A DNA stretch of 64,000 nucleotides from Candidatus Shapirobacteria bacterium (GTDB taxonomy: Bacteria > Patescibacteriota > Microgenomatia > UBA12405). Within the stretch, counting starts at the first letter, position 1, and each line of letters opens with the position of its first letter. Where the stretch lies: the NCBI GenBank assembly GCA_041659325.1, contig JBAZYN010000002.1:270082-334081 (forward strand), read 5' to 3'. Positions 10,637-19,655 of the stretch are shown here, piece after piece. A program made the position numbers and the translations under genes. Below the pieces are notes generated by a model. The model saw nothing but the letters and a program-made list of their open reading frames with translations. It was not told the DNA's origin and did no database searches.

Positions 10637-11362
10637 GTGCAAAAGACGGTATTGCTAATTCACGGCTGGCCGCAGCCGGTTGAGGATAATGATTTAATAT
10701 GGCGGTATTTTACATGTAAAGGTTATAAGGTATATTGTCCGTATTTGTTTAAAACAGGCCGAAATTTTTCTTTGGTAGAAACGAGGAAAAGATTGATAGA
10801 GTGCCTTGAGGGGAAGTGCCCTGATGTGATAGTGGGTATTTCCATAGGAGGGTTGATTTTACCGGGTTTAGCAAAAGATTATCCGGAGGCGAAATTAATT
10901 TTTATAGCATCAGGAGTGTGCTTTTCTCCTGACCATTGGTTGGCGAAACATGGATTGAAATTGTGCGGACGGAAGATTGTAAAATTAGTGAAAATGATTG
11001 ATGAAAAATGGCTATTGCGGTTATACCGGTTTATTAATCCAAATAGATGTTGGGGTAGCGGGGTGGATCAGGCTAAAGAGGAATTGGAAGATAATTTGAA
11101 GAAGGTACTTGAATTGTCTGAAGACCGGATAGTTGAAGTATTAAACACAATCCGTAAGATTGATAACGCGGAATTGTTGGCTAAATTGGATAATAAGGCA
11201 GTTATATTTTCCGGGGATAAGGATACAATGATGCCCGTGGAACAGGGAGAGAAGTTAAACCTGTTAATGAAAAACAGCCGTTTTTTTATTTTGGGGGGGA
11301 GACACCATGATTTAATAGGTAGCCGGATGTTGAAGATTTTGGGTGATTTTTTGGAGTTTTAA
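10637..11362 (+). CDS. alpha/beta hydrolase
   Basis: LIHGW, GISIGG nucleophile elbow, GDKD, C-terminal His. Confidence 0.85.
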   Translation: MQKTVLLIHGWPQPVEDNDLIWRYFTCKGYKVYCPYLFKTGRNFSLVETRKRLIECLEGKCPDVIVGISIGGLILPGLAKDYPEAKLIFIASGVCFSPDHWLAKHGLKLCGRKIVKLVKMIDEKWLLRLYRFINPNRCWGSGVDQAKEELEDNLKKVLELSEDRIVEVLNTIRKIDNAELLAKLDNKAVIFSGDKDTMMPVEQGEKLNLLMKNSRFFILGGRHHDLIGSRMLKILGDFLEF

Positions 11363-11381
11363 AATGGGGGTAAAATAGATT

Positions 11382-11846
11382 ATGGTTTTGGGAATTGATC
11401 CGGGGTTGGCAAATACTGGTTGGGCAGTGTTAAAAGACGAAGAAACATTGGTGGAGTGTGGATGCCTGGTGACTAAAATCAGTGATGCCTCGGCAGTGAG
11501 GTTGGGGAAGATTTATAATGAAATTTTCCGATTGATAAAAAAATATAAGGTGGAAGAGGTGGCGCTGGAAACTTTATTTTTTGCCAAGAATGCCAAGTCA
11601 GCAACTAAGGTGTCAGAGGCAATTGGGGTGATTAAATTGTGTGGGGTTAGATGTGGTTTGGAGGTATTTGGATATACCCCCTTACAGGTAAAGATGGCAT
11701 TGGTGGGTTATGGCCGGGCAGAAAAGGAACAGGTGGAAATAATGGTTAGGCACTTTTTGAAACTGGAGAAAGCGGTGTCTCCTGCGCATGCTTCGGATGC
11801 GGTGGCGGTGGGGTTAACTCATTTGTTTACAAACAAAAGTTTGTAG
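11382..11846 (+). CDS. ruvC: crossover junction endodeoxyribonuclease RuvC
   Basis: LGIDPG, ALETLFF, YTPLQVK, HASDAVAV. Confidence 0.95.
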   Translation: MVLGIDPGLANTGWAVLKDEETLVECGCLVTKISDASAVRLGKIYNEIFRLIKKYKVEEVALETLFFAKNAKSATKVSEAIGVIKLCGVRCGLEVFGYTPLQVKMALVGYGRAEKEQVEIMVRHFLKLEKAVSPAHASDAVAVGLTHLFTNKSL

Positions 11847-11868
11847 TTTGCTTGTAATATAATTTTCT

Positions 11869-11944
11869 CGTGCTTCCGCCATAGGCGGACTCCGCTTTGC
11901 TTCGCACACCTTCGGGCTCTCTTCGTTCGCGTTCGCCGTGCGCT
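11869..11944. repeat. GC-rich palindromic intergenic element (same family as the murB insert)
   Basis: tccgccataggcgga hairpin plus ccttcgggct...ttcgcgttcgccgtgcgct. Confidence 0.7.
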
Positions 11945-11993
11945 TGGAAGTTGTTATTTCACATCATGAAGTTTGGACAAGATATAATGGGGT

Positions 11994-12566
11994 ATGATTT
12001 CGAGCTTAAGGGGGAAAGTAAATAGGGTTTGGGGAGATAGTGTTGAAATGGATGTTAACGGAGTGGGGTATTTGGTTAAGATTGGGATGAGGTTAAGCCA
12101 AAATATACATGAGGGGGAGGAGAGGACGATTCAGACCTATATGGCAGTATCGGAAAATGATATAAGCCTTTACGGATTTGAAAACTGGGAAGAGGTGGAG
12201 CTTTTTAAAATGCTTATAACCGTGTCGGGGGTGGGGCCAAAAACTGCGGCGCAGATTGTGGGCCAGATAGAGTGTTTAAGCATTATTAAAGCTATTGGGG
12301 ATGCCGATGTGAACTTTTTTCAAAAAATTAAGGGAATCGGGAAAAAGACAGCACAAAGAATTATTGTGGATTTGAAATCGAAAATAGGAGGACTGGGGGA
12401 GTTGCAGTTAGATTCCGATTTACCGCTTTTGGAGGATGAATTGGTGATGAGTTTAAAACAGCTTGGCTTTGACAGAAGAGAGATTGAAAGGGTGACGAAG
12501 AAATTACCGATTGAATTGCAAAATATTGAGGATAAGTTATCGTGGTGTTTGAGAAATTTAGGATAA
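11994..12566 (+). CDS. ruvA: Holliday junction branch migration protein RuvA
   Basis: GVGY, LYGF, VSGVGPKTA, GIGKKTAQRI. Confidence 0.95.
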   Translation: MISSLRGKVNRVWGDSVEMDVNGVGYLVKIGMRLSQNIHEGEERTIQTYMAVSENDISLYGFENWEEVELFKMLITVSGVGPKTAAQIVGQIECLSIIKAIGDADVNFFQKIKGIGKKTAQRIIVDLKSKIGGLGELQLDSDLPLLEDELVMSLKQLGFDRREIERVTKKLPIELQNIEDKLSWCLRNLG

Positions 12567-12590
12567 AAGTTTTGGGTTATATTTGGTAAA

Positions 12591-13574
12591 ATGGGTAGTA
12601 AAAATATGAAGGTGCAAAAAGGTGAAGAATTAAATCCCCAACCAAAAAGTGATGAAAAAATTGTAGAGACAAACTTGCGGCCACAACGATTGGCGGAGTT
12701 TATTGGCCAGCCGAAATTAAAAGAGCAACTGTCGATATTTTTGCAGGCGGCGAAGGCCAGAGGGGAGAGCCTTGATCATATTTTGTTTTATGGGCCGCCG
12801 GGGTTGGGAAAGACAACTTTAGCCAATCTGTTGGCCAAAGAAATGGGGGCGAATATCAAGATTACTTCGGGACCGGCTTTAACCCGGGTGGGGGATTTGG
12901 CCTCAATTTTGACGGGGCTAAAGAAGGGGGATTTTTTGTTTATTGACGAGGTGCACAGATTAAACAAATTGGTCGAAGAGACTTTATATTCAGCGATGGA
13001 AGATTATGTTTTGGATATCGTGCTTGGTAAGGGGCCATCGGCTAAAACAGTAAGATTGAATTTGCAGAGGTTTACGATTGTGGGGGCAACAACCCGGATA
13101 GGTTTGATTTCGGGGCCAATGAGAGACAGGTTTGGGTATGTACAACAACTGGATTTTTATGAAGAAGATAATTTGACGGAAATAGTGGAGCGGACAGCCG
13201 GGGTGTTAAAGACAAAAATAGAATTGCCGGCGGCGGCCGAAATTGCCAGACGGGCGAGGGGGACACCACGGATAGCCAATCGGCTGCTGCGGAGAGTGAG
13301 GGATTATGCTCAGATTAACAACGATGGCTTGATAACGACTAAAGAAACCTGCGAGGCCTTGAAGATGTTGGGGGTGGATGAAATGGGATTGTCTGATGCA
13401 GACAGGAAGTATTTGGATGTGGTAAAGAGACAGTATGGGGGTGGGCCGGTGGGAGTGGAAAATATTGCGGCGGCCCTGACTGAAGATGTCGGGACGATTA
13501 CAGAAGTGTATGAACCATACTTAATGAAAAGGGGATTGGTGAAAAGGACTCCACGGGGAAGGGTGGTAGAGTAG
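12591..13574 (+). CDS. ruvB: Holliday junction DNA helicase RuvB
   Basis: LRP, GPPGLGKTT, FIDEVHR, GATTR, RGTPRIANRLL, RTPRGR. Confidence 0.97.
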   Translation: MGSKNMKVQKGEELNPQPKSDEKIVETNLRPQRLAEFIGQPKLKEQLSIFLQAAKARGESLDHILFYGPPGLGKTTLANLLAKEMGANIKITSGPALTRVGDLASILTGLKKGDFLFIDEVHRLNKLVEETLYSAMEDYVLDIVLGKGPSAKTVRLNLQRFTIVGATTRIGLISGPMRDRFGYVQQLDFYEEDNLTEIVERTAGVLKTKIELPAAAEIARRARGTPRIANRLLRRVRDYAQINNDGLITTKETCEALKMLGVDEMGLSDADRKYLDVVKRQYGGGPVGVENIAAALTEDVGTITEVYEPYLMKRGLVKRTPRGRVVE

Positions 13575-13613
13575 TTTCGCGGTTTTCCCCGAGGGGGCAT
13601 CGGGGGTGGGCTT

Positions 13614-13871
13614 TTATTCGGTTTGTATTCCCAATAGCCAGAGTACGGCTTCTTTGCGGTAGCGGCGATCGCCACGGGCGTTTATTCTTATGGCCGGAAG
13701 TTTGCCGCGTTTTCCCCAGCGTTTGATGGTTAGTTTGCTAACCCGGAGTAAGTCGGCAACTTCGGCGACTGTGAGAAGGTCGGGAAGATTGTCGATGCTG
13801 ACACCGTTGATCTTTTTCGGGGCGGGGTTTTGTTTCACAAGTTTCTCTTGTGATGTGGTTTGTTCATCCAT
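13614..13871 (-). CDS. helix-turn-helix DNA-binding protein (excisionase/MerR-like)
   Basis: LLTVAEVADLLRVSKLTIKRWGKRGKLPAIR...GDRRY; AGGAG and TTGACA upstream. Confidence 0.85.
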   Translation of the reverse strand: MDEQTTSQEKLVKQNPAPKKINGVSIDNLPDLLTVAEVADLLRVSKLTIKRWGKRGKLPAIRINARGDRRYRKEAVLWLLGIQTE

Positions 13872-13948
13872 ATGGTGGCTCCTCTTGCATCAAAATAATC
13901 AATAACTGATAACAGTAAAACATATTGGATATTTGTGTGTCAAGAAGT

Positions 13949-14062
13949 TGGTAATCGGTAACTGGTAATTGGTAATTGGTAATCAGTAAGAATAGGTGAA
14001 AAGGAAATTGGAGAGTCTAAAAGTCGAAAGTCTTAAAGTCCAAAAGTCTCAAGGTCTGAAAG
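13949..14062 (+). repeat. adjacent heptamer arrays (GGTAAnn at 13949-13990; AAAGTCn at 14010-14062)
   Basis: ggtaatcggtaactggtaattggtaattggtaatc; gagtctaaaagtcgaaagtcttaaagtccaaaagtctc. Confidence 0.85.
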
Positions 14063-14100
14063 GAGAAAGCCGGAAAGGGGAAATTTTGGTATTATTGTTT

Positions 14101-15117
14101 ATGACTGAAGATAAACAGTACAAAATTGCGTTTTTTGGGGTAAAGAGTTGGGAGAAGGAGGTTATCGAAAAACAGATTATAAAGTTGGATACCTTTGGGG
14201 TGGGAATATTTAGAGGGGAGGTTCAGGATAATATAGATCTGGCAGCAAAGTATGATATTTTGTCTCTGTCAGTGAATTCAAAGCTGACGGGAGAAGTGTT
14301 GGCGAAATTGCCTAAGCTAAAACTGGTGACGACGAGATCCACCGGGAAAGATCACATTGATGGCAGGGAGTGTTTGGAAAGAAAAATTGCGGTGGTAAAT
14401 GTGCCAACGTACGGGTCCGGGACAGTGGCGGAGTATGCGATGGGGTTGTTGCTGGCGGTAACCAAAAGAATTGTAGTGGCGCATCAGTCGGTGGAAGAGG
14501 GAACCTTTAATACCGAGGGGTTGACGGGAGTGGATTTGACGGGAAAGACCATAGGGGTGATAGGTGTCGGATCTATAGGGCAAAATGTGATACACATCGC
14601 CAGGGGCTTTAGAATGAAGGTCTTGGGGGTGGACCGCAAGCGTGATCCCAAATTAGCAAAAAGGATGGGGTTTAGGTACGTCGATTTGGAAAGTTGTCTG
14701 AAACAGGCTGATTTTGTAACCATTCATGTGCCGTTTGTGCCGGAGACTTTTCACATGATTAATAAGAAAAACATTAAGCTTTTAAAAACAGGGAGCTTTT
14801 TGATAAACGTTTCAAGGGGGCCGGTGGTAGAGATTGAGTCGCTAGTGTGGGCTTTGAACAACAAAATATTGGCCGGGGTGGGATTGGATGTAACCGAGGA
14901 AGAGCGTTTGGTCGATAAGGTATCAACAGTGATGGGGGACAAGATAAGCAAGGATGATCTGAAGGAAATTGTCAGCTTTCATTTGTTGAGGGACAGAGAC
15001 GATGTGGTGTTTACCCCGCATAATGCGTTTAACACCAAAGAAGCAATCGAGCGGATTGTGACGGCGACGGTGGAGAGTATAGGAAACTATATAAAGTCTG
15101 AGAGTCGAAAGTCTTAA
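14101..15117 (+). CDS. D-isomer-specific 2-hydroxyacid (D-lactate) dehydrogenase
   Basis: TRSTGKDHID, VAEY, GVIGVGSIG, INVSRG, GLDV, TPHNAFNT; start placed at ATG 14101 because the longer ORF runs through repeats. Confidence 0.9.
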   Translation: MTEDKQYKIAFFGVKSWEKEVIEKQIIKLDTFGVGIFRGEVQDNIDLAAKYDILSLSVNSKLTGEVLAKLPKLKLVTTRSTGKDHIDGRECLERKIAVVNVPTYGSGTVAEYAMGLLLAVTKRIVVAHQSVEEGTFNTEGLTGVDLTGKTIGVIGVGSIGQNVIHIARGFRMKVLGVDRKRDPKLAKRMGFRYVDLESCLKQADFVTIHVPFVPETFHMINKKNIKLLKTGSFLINVSRGPVVEIESLVWALNNKILAGVGLDVTEEERLVDKVSTVMGDKISKDDLKEIVSFHLLRDRDDVVFTPHNAFNTKEAIERIVTATVESIGNYIKSESRKS

Positions 15118-15182
15118 AGTCTGAAAGTAAAAATATTTAAATTATTTTAAAGTCGAAAGTCTTAAAGTCTGAAAGTCTGAAG
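15092..15182 (+). repeat. left heptamer arrays of the four-helix-bundle gene
   Basis: aaagtctgagagtcgaaagtcttaaagtctgaaagt and aaagtcgaaagtcttaaagtctgaaagtctga. Confidence 0.9.
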
Positions 15183-15187
15183 CAAAA

Positions 15188-15553
15188 ATGAAAATAGAAA
15201 GATTTGAAGACAGTTTGGTTTGGAAAAAATCGAGAGATTTGACATTGGGAATATATAAAAACCTGAAAGATTGTCGGGATTTTTCTTTTAGAGATCAAAT
15301 TTGTCGAGCATCAGTGTCAATTATGAATAATATCGCCGAAGGTTTTGAAAAAGGAACAGACAAAGATCTAGCTAAATTCTTATTTATTGCTAAAGGTTCT
15401 TCGGGGGAAACAAGGTCAATGTTATACTTGGCAAGAGATTTGAAATATTTGGATGACAATAGATTTAAATTGCTGTATCAAAGTTCGATAGAAATATCAA
15501 AAATGTTGTGGGGTTTTATTAAAAGTTTAAAAATAAAGGAAACAAGTCTTTAA
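15188..15553 (+). CDS. four helix bundle protein (23S rRNA IVS protein / Avd-like family)
   Basis: FEDSLVWKKS, DQICRASVSIMNNIAEGF, FLFIAKGSSGE. Confidence 0.92.
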   Translation: MKIERFEDSLVWKKSRDLTLGIYKNLKDCRDFSFRDQICRASVSIMNNIAEGFEKGTDKDLAKFLFIAKGSSGETRSMLYLARDLKYLDDNRFKLLYQSSIEISKMLWGFIKSLKIKETSL

Positions 15554-15589
15554 GACTTTTAGACTTTGAGACTTTTAGACTTTAAGACT
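15543..15589 (-). repeat. right, inverted heptamer array of the four-helix-bundle gene
   Basis: agacttttagactttgagacttttagactttaagact is the reverse complement of the left unit. Confidence 0.9.
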
Positions 15590-15594
15590 AAATT

Positions 15595-16659
15595 ATGAAG
15601 CCAGTAATAATTTGTGGTGGAGTTGGTTCTAAAATGTGGCCGGAGAGCCGGCAAAAAAGCCCGAAACATTTTTTAAAGCTGATCGGGGAAAAGTCGTTGT
15701 TCCAACTTAATTATGAAACTTTGAGGAAGAAGTTTGAGCCGGAAGAGATATTTTTGCAAACAAATGCTCAACAGGCAATAATAGCCAAAGAACAGGAACC
15801 GGAGATACCCGAAGATAATATTTTTATAGAACCGGAGATGAGAAACCACGGCCCAGCCACCGGTTTGGCGGCGGCGATGTTGTTTAAACGGGGATTTCAA
15901 GATGAGCCATTTATGTTGGTGCAGGCTGATGTGTTACGGGAACCGGAAGAGAAATTTTTTGAGATGATCGATCAGTGTGATCGGCTGGTAAGAAAAGAAG
16001 GAAAGTTGGTGACCGGCGGATACAGGCCGCCTTATGCAATGATGGGAGTGGATTATTTGATAAGGGGAGAGAGAGTGCCTGATACCGGAGAGGTGGTGAT
16101 TTGGCGGATGGAAAAATGGCTAGGAAGGGATGCAAAAGAAAGCGTGGAGGGATTTTTGAAGGACGGGAGGGCACTTTTGCACAGCAACCATTATTGTTGG
16201 ACGCCGAGGTCGTGGATGGAGTCGTTTAAAAAACATACCGAAGTTGACTGGTATCAACCGCTGCAAAATATAATAAACGGATCAGCGGTGGCAGAAGAAT
16301 ATCCGAAAATGATGAAAGGACCGATTGAGCTTGTAACAAATACAGAGCTTTTAGAAGGCCAGGTAGTAGAACATGATTTTAAATGGATTGATTTTGGAAC
16401 ATGGGAGTCGGTGGCAGTGTATCTTAATAGTCGAAAGTCTGAAAGTCTGAAAGTCGAAAGTAGGGATATGCAAGAAATTGAGGCAAAAAATAATTTTGTC
16501 CGCAAGCCGGCGGGGAAATATGTGGCTATGATTGGGGTGGAGGATTTGGTGGTAATAGACACAGCAGACGCGCTTTTGATTATGAAGAGAGACAAAAGCG
16601 GGATGGTGGGGCAGGTGGTGGATAAATTAAAGGCTGATAACCGAATCGAGTTACTTTAG
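15595..16659 (+). CDS. manC: mannose-1-phosphate guanylyltransferase
   Basis: VIICGGVGSKMWPESR..PKHFL, IEPEMRNHGPA, WIDFGTW, IDTADALLI. Confidence 0.85.
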   Translation: MKPVIICGGVGSKMWPESRQKSPKHFLKLIGEKSLFQLNYETLRKKFEPEEIFLQTNAQQAIIAKEQEPEIPEDNIFIEPEMRNHGPATGLAAAMLFKRGFQDEPFMLVQADVLREPEEKFFEMIDQCDRLVRKEGKLVTGGYRPPYAMMGVDYLIRGERVPDTGEVVIWRMEKWLGRDAKESVEGFLKDGRALLHSNHYCWTPRSWMESFKKHTEVDWYQPLQNIINGSAVAEEYPKMMKGPIELVTNTELLEGQVVEHDFKWIDFGTWESVAVYLNSRKSESLKVESRDMQEIEAKNNFVRKPAGKYVAMIGVEDLVVIDTADALLIMKRDKSGMVGQVVDKLKADNRIELL

Positions 16660-16749
16660 GAAGTTGAGGGGTAAAAAACAACTCTATTATAGACCTGTCG
16701 GGAAAGAAATGGGTTGAATTGGTGGGTAGGGAATATGTAGAATGGGAGA

Positions 16750-18384
16750 ATGAAATATATTTTTATTTCCGGCGGGGTGGTGTCCGGATTGGGAAAAGGA
16801 ATCACGGCAGCATCGATTGGGCTACTGCTAGAGTCTCGGGGTTATGTTGTAACCAATGTCAAAATTGACATGTATCTGAATATTGATGCGGGAACAATTC
16901 GCCCGCAAGAGCATGGAGAGGTGTTTGTGTGTGATGACGGGATAGAAACAGACCAGGATTTGGGGAATTATGAAAGATTTTTGGGAAAATCTCTCCGACG
17001 GGAAAATTATATGACAACCGGGCAGGTTTACTGGACAGTCATAGCCAAAGAGCGGGCAATGGAATACAAAGGTGAGGACGTGGAGGCGATTCCTCATTTG
17101 ACGGATGAAATAAGCAGGAGAATAAAGACAGCCGGAAAAGTAAACGGGGCGGAGATTGTAGTGGTGGAGTTGGGGGGAACAGTTGGGGAATACCAAAATG
17201 GAATATTTTATGAGGCTAGCCGGATTATGAAGCTGCAACAGCCGAAAGATGTAATTCAAATTCATGTGTCATATTTACCGGTTATCAAGAGCTTGGGGGA
17301 ATTAAAGAGTAAGCCGGCCCAACAATCGGTTCATTTGCTAAATTCGATGGGGATTATGCCTGATTTTTTGGTAGCTAGGAGTGAAAAAGAAATCGACCAG
17401 AAACGACGGGAAAGATTGGCGATGTTTTGTAATATGAATGATGGAGATATCATTGTAAATCCGGATTTAGATAATATCTATGAAGTACCGATATTTTTAG
17501 AGAAACAAAAGTTTTCGGATAAGATTATTAAGAAATTACATTTGAGAAAGAAGAATAAAAATAATAAGTTATCGGAGTGGAAAAAATTTGTAGAAAAATT
17601 AAAAAATCCGAGGGAAGAGGTTAAAATCGCGATGGTGGGGAAATATTTTGCCACCGGAGATTTTAAGTTAAATGATTCGTATTTATGTGTGTTGGAGGCC
17701 CTAAAACATGCGGGTGCAGTGGCCGGGGTAAAGGTGGTGGTGGAAGCGATAAATGCGGAGGATATTGAGGAAGTCGGAGCAGAAAAGAGACTTGAGGGTT
17801 ACGGTGGGATTATTGTTCCCCAGGGGTGGGGGTTACGGGGGGTAGAGGGCAAAGTCAAGGCGGTGGAATATGCCCGAAAAAATAAAATACCATATTTGGG
17901 ATTGTGTTTTGGAATGCAGATGGCAGTGATTGAGTATGCGAGAAATGTGTTGGGGCTGAAAGATGCGAACTCTGAGGAAGTAAACCCGAAAACTAAATAT
18001 CCGGTGATTCATGTAATGCCCGATCAAAAAGAATATCTGGAGAAACACCAGTATGGAGGAACAATCAGACTAGGGGCGTGGCCGTGTAAAATTAATGAGG
18101 GGACTTTGTTGGAGAAAATATATGGAGATAATTTGGTAAAAGAACGCCATCGGCATCGATATGAATTTAATAACGAATTCAGAGAGAAGTTGGAAAAGGC
18201 GGGGATGGTGATTTCGGGAACCAGCCCGGATGGGAAACTAGTGGAAGCAGTGGAGCTAAAAAATCACCCGTTTTTTGTGGGAACACAGTTTCATCCGGAG
18301 TATAAGTCGAGACCGCTTGAACCGCATCCGATATTTGTGGAATTTATAAAGGCTGTTTGTGATTTACCAAAAATCCCCCGGTAA
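16750..18384 (+). CDS. pyrG: CTP synthase
   Basis: SGGVVSGLGKG, HGEVFV, KSKPAQ, GLCFGMQ, ERHRHRYE, QFHPE. Confidence 0.98.
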   Translation: MKYIFISGGVVSGLGKGITAASIGLLLESRGYVVTNVKIDMYLNIDAGTIRPQEHGEVFVCDDGIETDQDLGNYERFLGKSLRRENYMTTGQVYWTVIAKERAMEYKGEDVEAIPHLTDEISRRIKTAGKVNGAEIVVVELGGTVGEYQNGIFYEASRIMKLQQPKDVIQIHVSYLPVIKSLGELKSKPAQQSVHLLNSMGIMPDFLVARSEKEIDQKRRERLAMFCNMNDGDIIVNPDLDNIYEVPIFLEKQKFSDKIIKKLHLRKKNKNNKLSEWKKFVEKLKNPREEVKIAMVGKYFATGDFKLNDSYLCVLEALKHAGAVAGVKVVVEAINAEDIEEVGAEKRLEGYGGIIVPQGWGLRGVEGKVKAVEYARKNKIPYLGLCFGMQMAVIEYARNVLGLKDANSEEVNPKTKYPVIHVMPDQKEYLEKHQYGGTIRLGAWPCKINEGTLLEKIYGDNLVKERHRHRYEFNNEFREKLEKAGMVISGTSPDGKLVEAVELKNHPFFVGTQFHPEYKSRPLEPHPIFVEFIKAVCDLPKIPR

Positions 18385-18396
18385 GGGGGGATTTTT
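18369..18396 (+). terminator. intrinsic, probably bidirectional terminator between pyrG and rplL
   Basis: aaaatcccc / ggggatttt stem with A/T tracts. Confidence 0.7.
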
Positions 18397-18408
18397 ATAT
18401 TAAAACAA

Positions 18409-18463
18409 GATTGCCACGTTCGGCGGGGCCGAACTTCCGCTAAAGGCGGACAAGCGCAATGAC
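18409..18463. repeat. GATTGC...CGCAATGAC palindromic repeat (partial copy)
   Basis: Shares ends with the fuller element at 38141-38233. Confidence 0.65.
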
Positions 18464-18470
18464 GATTATT

Positions 18471-18878
18471 TTACTTAAGTTCTACTGTTGCTCCAGCGGC
18501 TTCGAGTTTGGTCTTGGCTTCGTTGGCAGCATCTTTTTTCATGGTGCCAAGATTGGCCGGACAGGCGTCAACCATGTCTTTGGCTTCTTTAAGACCGAGT
18601 TCCGGTTTGAATTCACGAACGGCTTTGATGACGGCGATCTTGTTGGTACCGGCGCTGGTGATGGTGACATCAAATTCGGTTTTTTCCTCAGCGGCGGGGG
18701 CAGCGGCTTCTCCGGCAGCGACAGCACCGGCAGACGGGGCAGCGACAGCAGCAACGGCTTTGACGTCGAATTTAACTTCCAGGGCTTTAACAAGCTCGGA
18801 AAGCTCGATAACTGATAATTCGGATACAGAATCGATTACTTTCTGTAATTTTGCGGAAACTTTTGTTTCTTCTGACAT
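18471..18878 (-). CDS. rplL: 50S ribosomal protein L7/L12
   Basis: [35 protein letters not shown]. Confidence 0.98.
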   Translation of the reverse strand: MSEETKVSAKLQKVIDSVSELSVIELSELVKALEVKFDVKAVAAVAAPSAGAVAAGEAAAPAAEEKTEFDVTITSAGTNKIAVIKAVREFKPELGLKEAKDMVDACPANLGTMKKDAANEAKTKLEAAGATVELK

Positions 18879-18920
18879 AATTTTTTTATTAATTTTTAAT
18901 TATTAATTGTTTTATTTAAA

Positions 18921-18995
18921 CCCCTCTTTTGGTTCTCCCCTTGACAGGGGAGAAAAGAAGATAGCTCCCGCCCTGTCAAGGGAGGGTGGGGGAGG
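18921..18995. repeat. CCCT-rich hairpin repeats between rplJ and rplL
   Basis: tctccccttgacaggggaga; ccctgtcaagggagggtgggga, which supplies the PSPTLP C-terminus of L10. Confidence 0.65.
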
Positions 18996-19506
18996 GTTTG
19001 TTTTTTTCGGAAATGGCCTTGAGGGTCATAACGAACTGGGTTTGGTTAAAGCGGAGAGCGTAAACCAAACGTTGTAAAGGATTGATCAGGCTGCCAACAA
19101 GATTGGACATGAGGGCTGATTTGCTGGGGAGAGTTAATAGCTTTTTGAGCTCGTCGACGGTTAATAATTTTTTGTCGTAGATACCATATTTGAATTGGGT
19201 CAATTCCTTTTCTTTGTTGACTTTTTCAATTTCTTTGAGAGGAGCGATTTCATCGGTATTGCAAAAGGCGATGGAGGTCGGACCGGTGAGGGGAGCGGGA
19301 AGATTGATACCGAATTTGATAAGGGCTCTGATGATCAGAGTGTTTTTGGCTACTTCCATGACTCCACCTTTTTGTTTAACCTGGTCGCGAAGGGCTGCGA
19401 TGCCGGCAGCATTTAGTCCCTGATATTGGACCAGGGCAGCTGATTTGGCTGATTCCAATTTTTTTGCCAAGTCTTCGACCTGGTTGATTTTTTGTTGGTT
19501 TGGCAT
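18976..19506 (-). CDS. rplJ: 50S ribosomal protein L10
   Basis: YQGL, VAKNTL, LTGPT, LPSK; start set at ATG 19506 (MPNQQK). Confidence 0.95.
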   Translation of the reverse strand: MPNQQKINQVEDLAKKLESAKSAALVQYQGLNAAGIAALRDQVKQKGGVMEVAKNTLIIRALIKFGINLPAPLTGPTSIAFCNTDEIAPLKEIEKVNKEKELTQFKYGIYDKKLLTVDELKKLLTLPSKSALMSNLVGSLINPLQRLVYALRFNQTQFVMTLKAISEKNKPSPTLP

Positions 19507-19509
19507 AGT

Positions 19510-19612
19510 TTTTAAATAATAATGGCCTCGAAGGTCGAGGCGCAAAAAATATAAAAACTATATTTTGCCTCGGTGGGATTTATTTTTGTACCCACTGTCT
19601 TCGGTTTAGTAG
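19510..19612 (-). promoter_or_regulatory. ribosomal protein L10 leader RNA
   Basis: Minus strand CCGAAGACAGUGGG...AAAUCCCACCGAGG plus downstream CCUCGA/UCGAGG hairpin, directly upstream of rplJ. Confidence 0.8.
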
Positions 19613-19655
19613 AGTATTGTATCACATAATAATAGGGCCGTGATAGGATGAAATA

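Noticed and set aside
13614-13871. Prophage or integrative element marked by the excisionase-like gene
   Set aside because: No integrase, att-like repeat or phage genes nearby
13996-14100. N-terminal extension of the 2-hydroxyacid dehydrogenase
   Set aside because: It is translated heptamer repeat; the recognisable domain starts after ATG 14101
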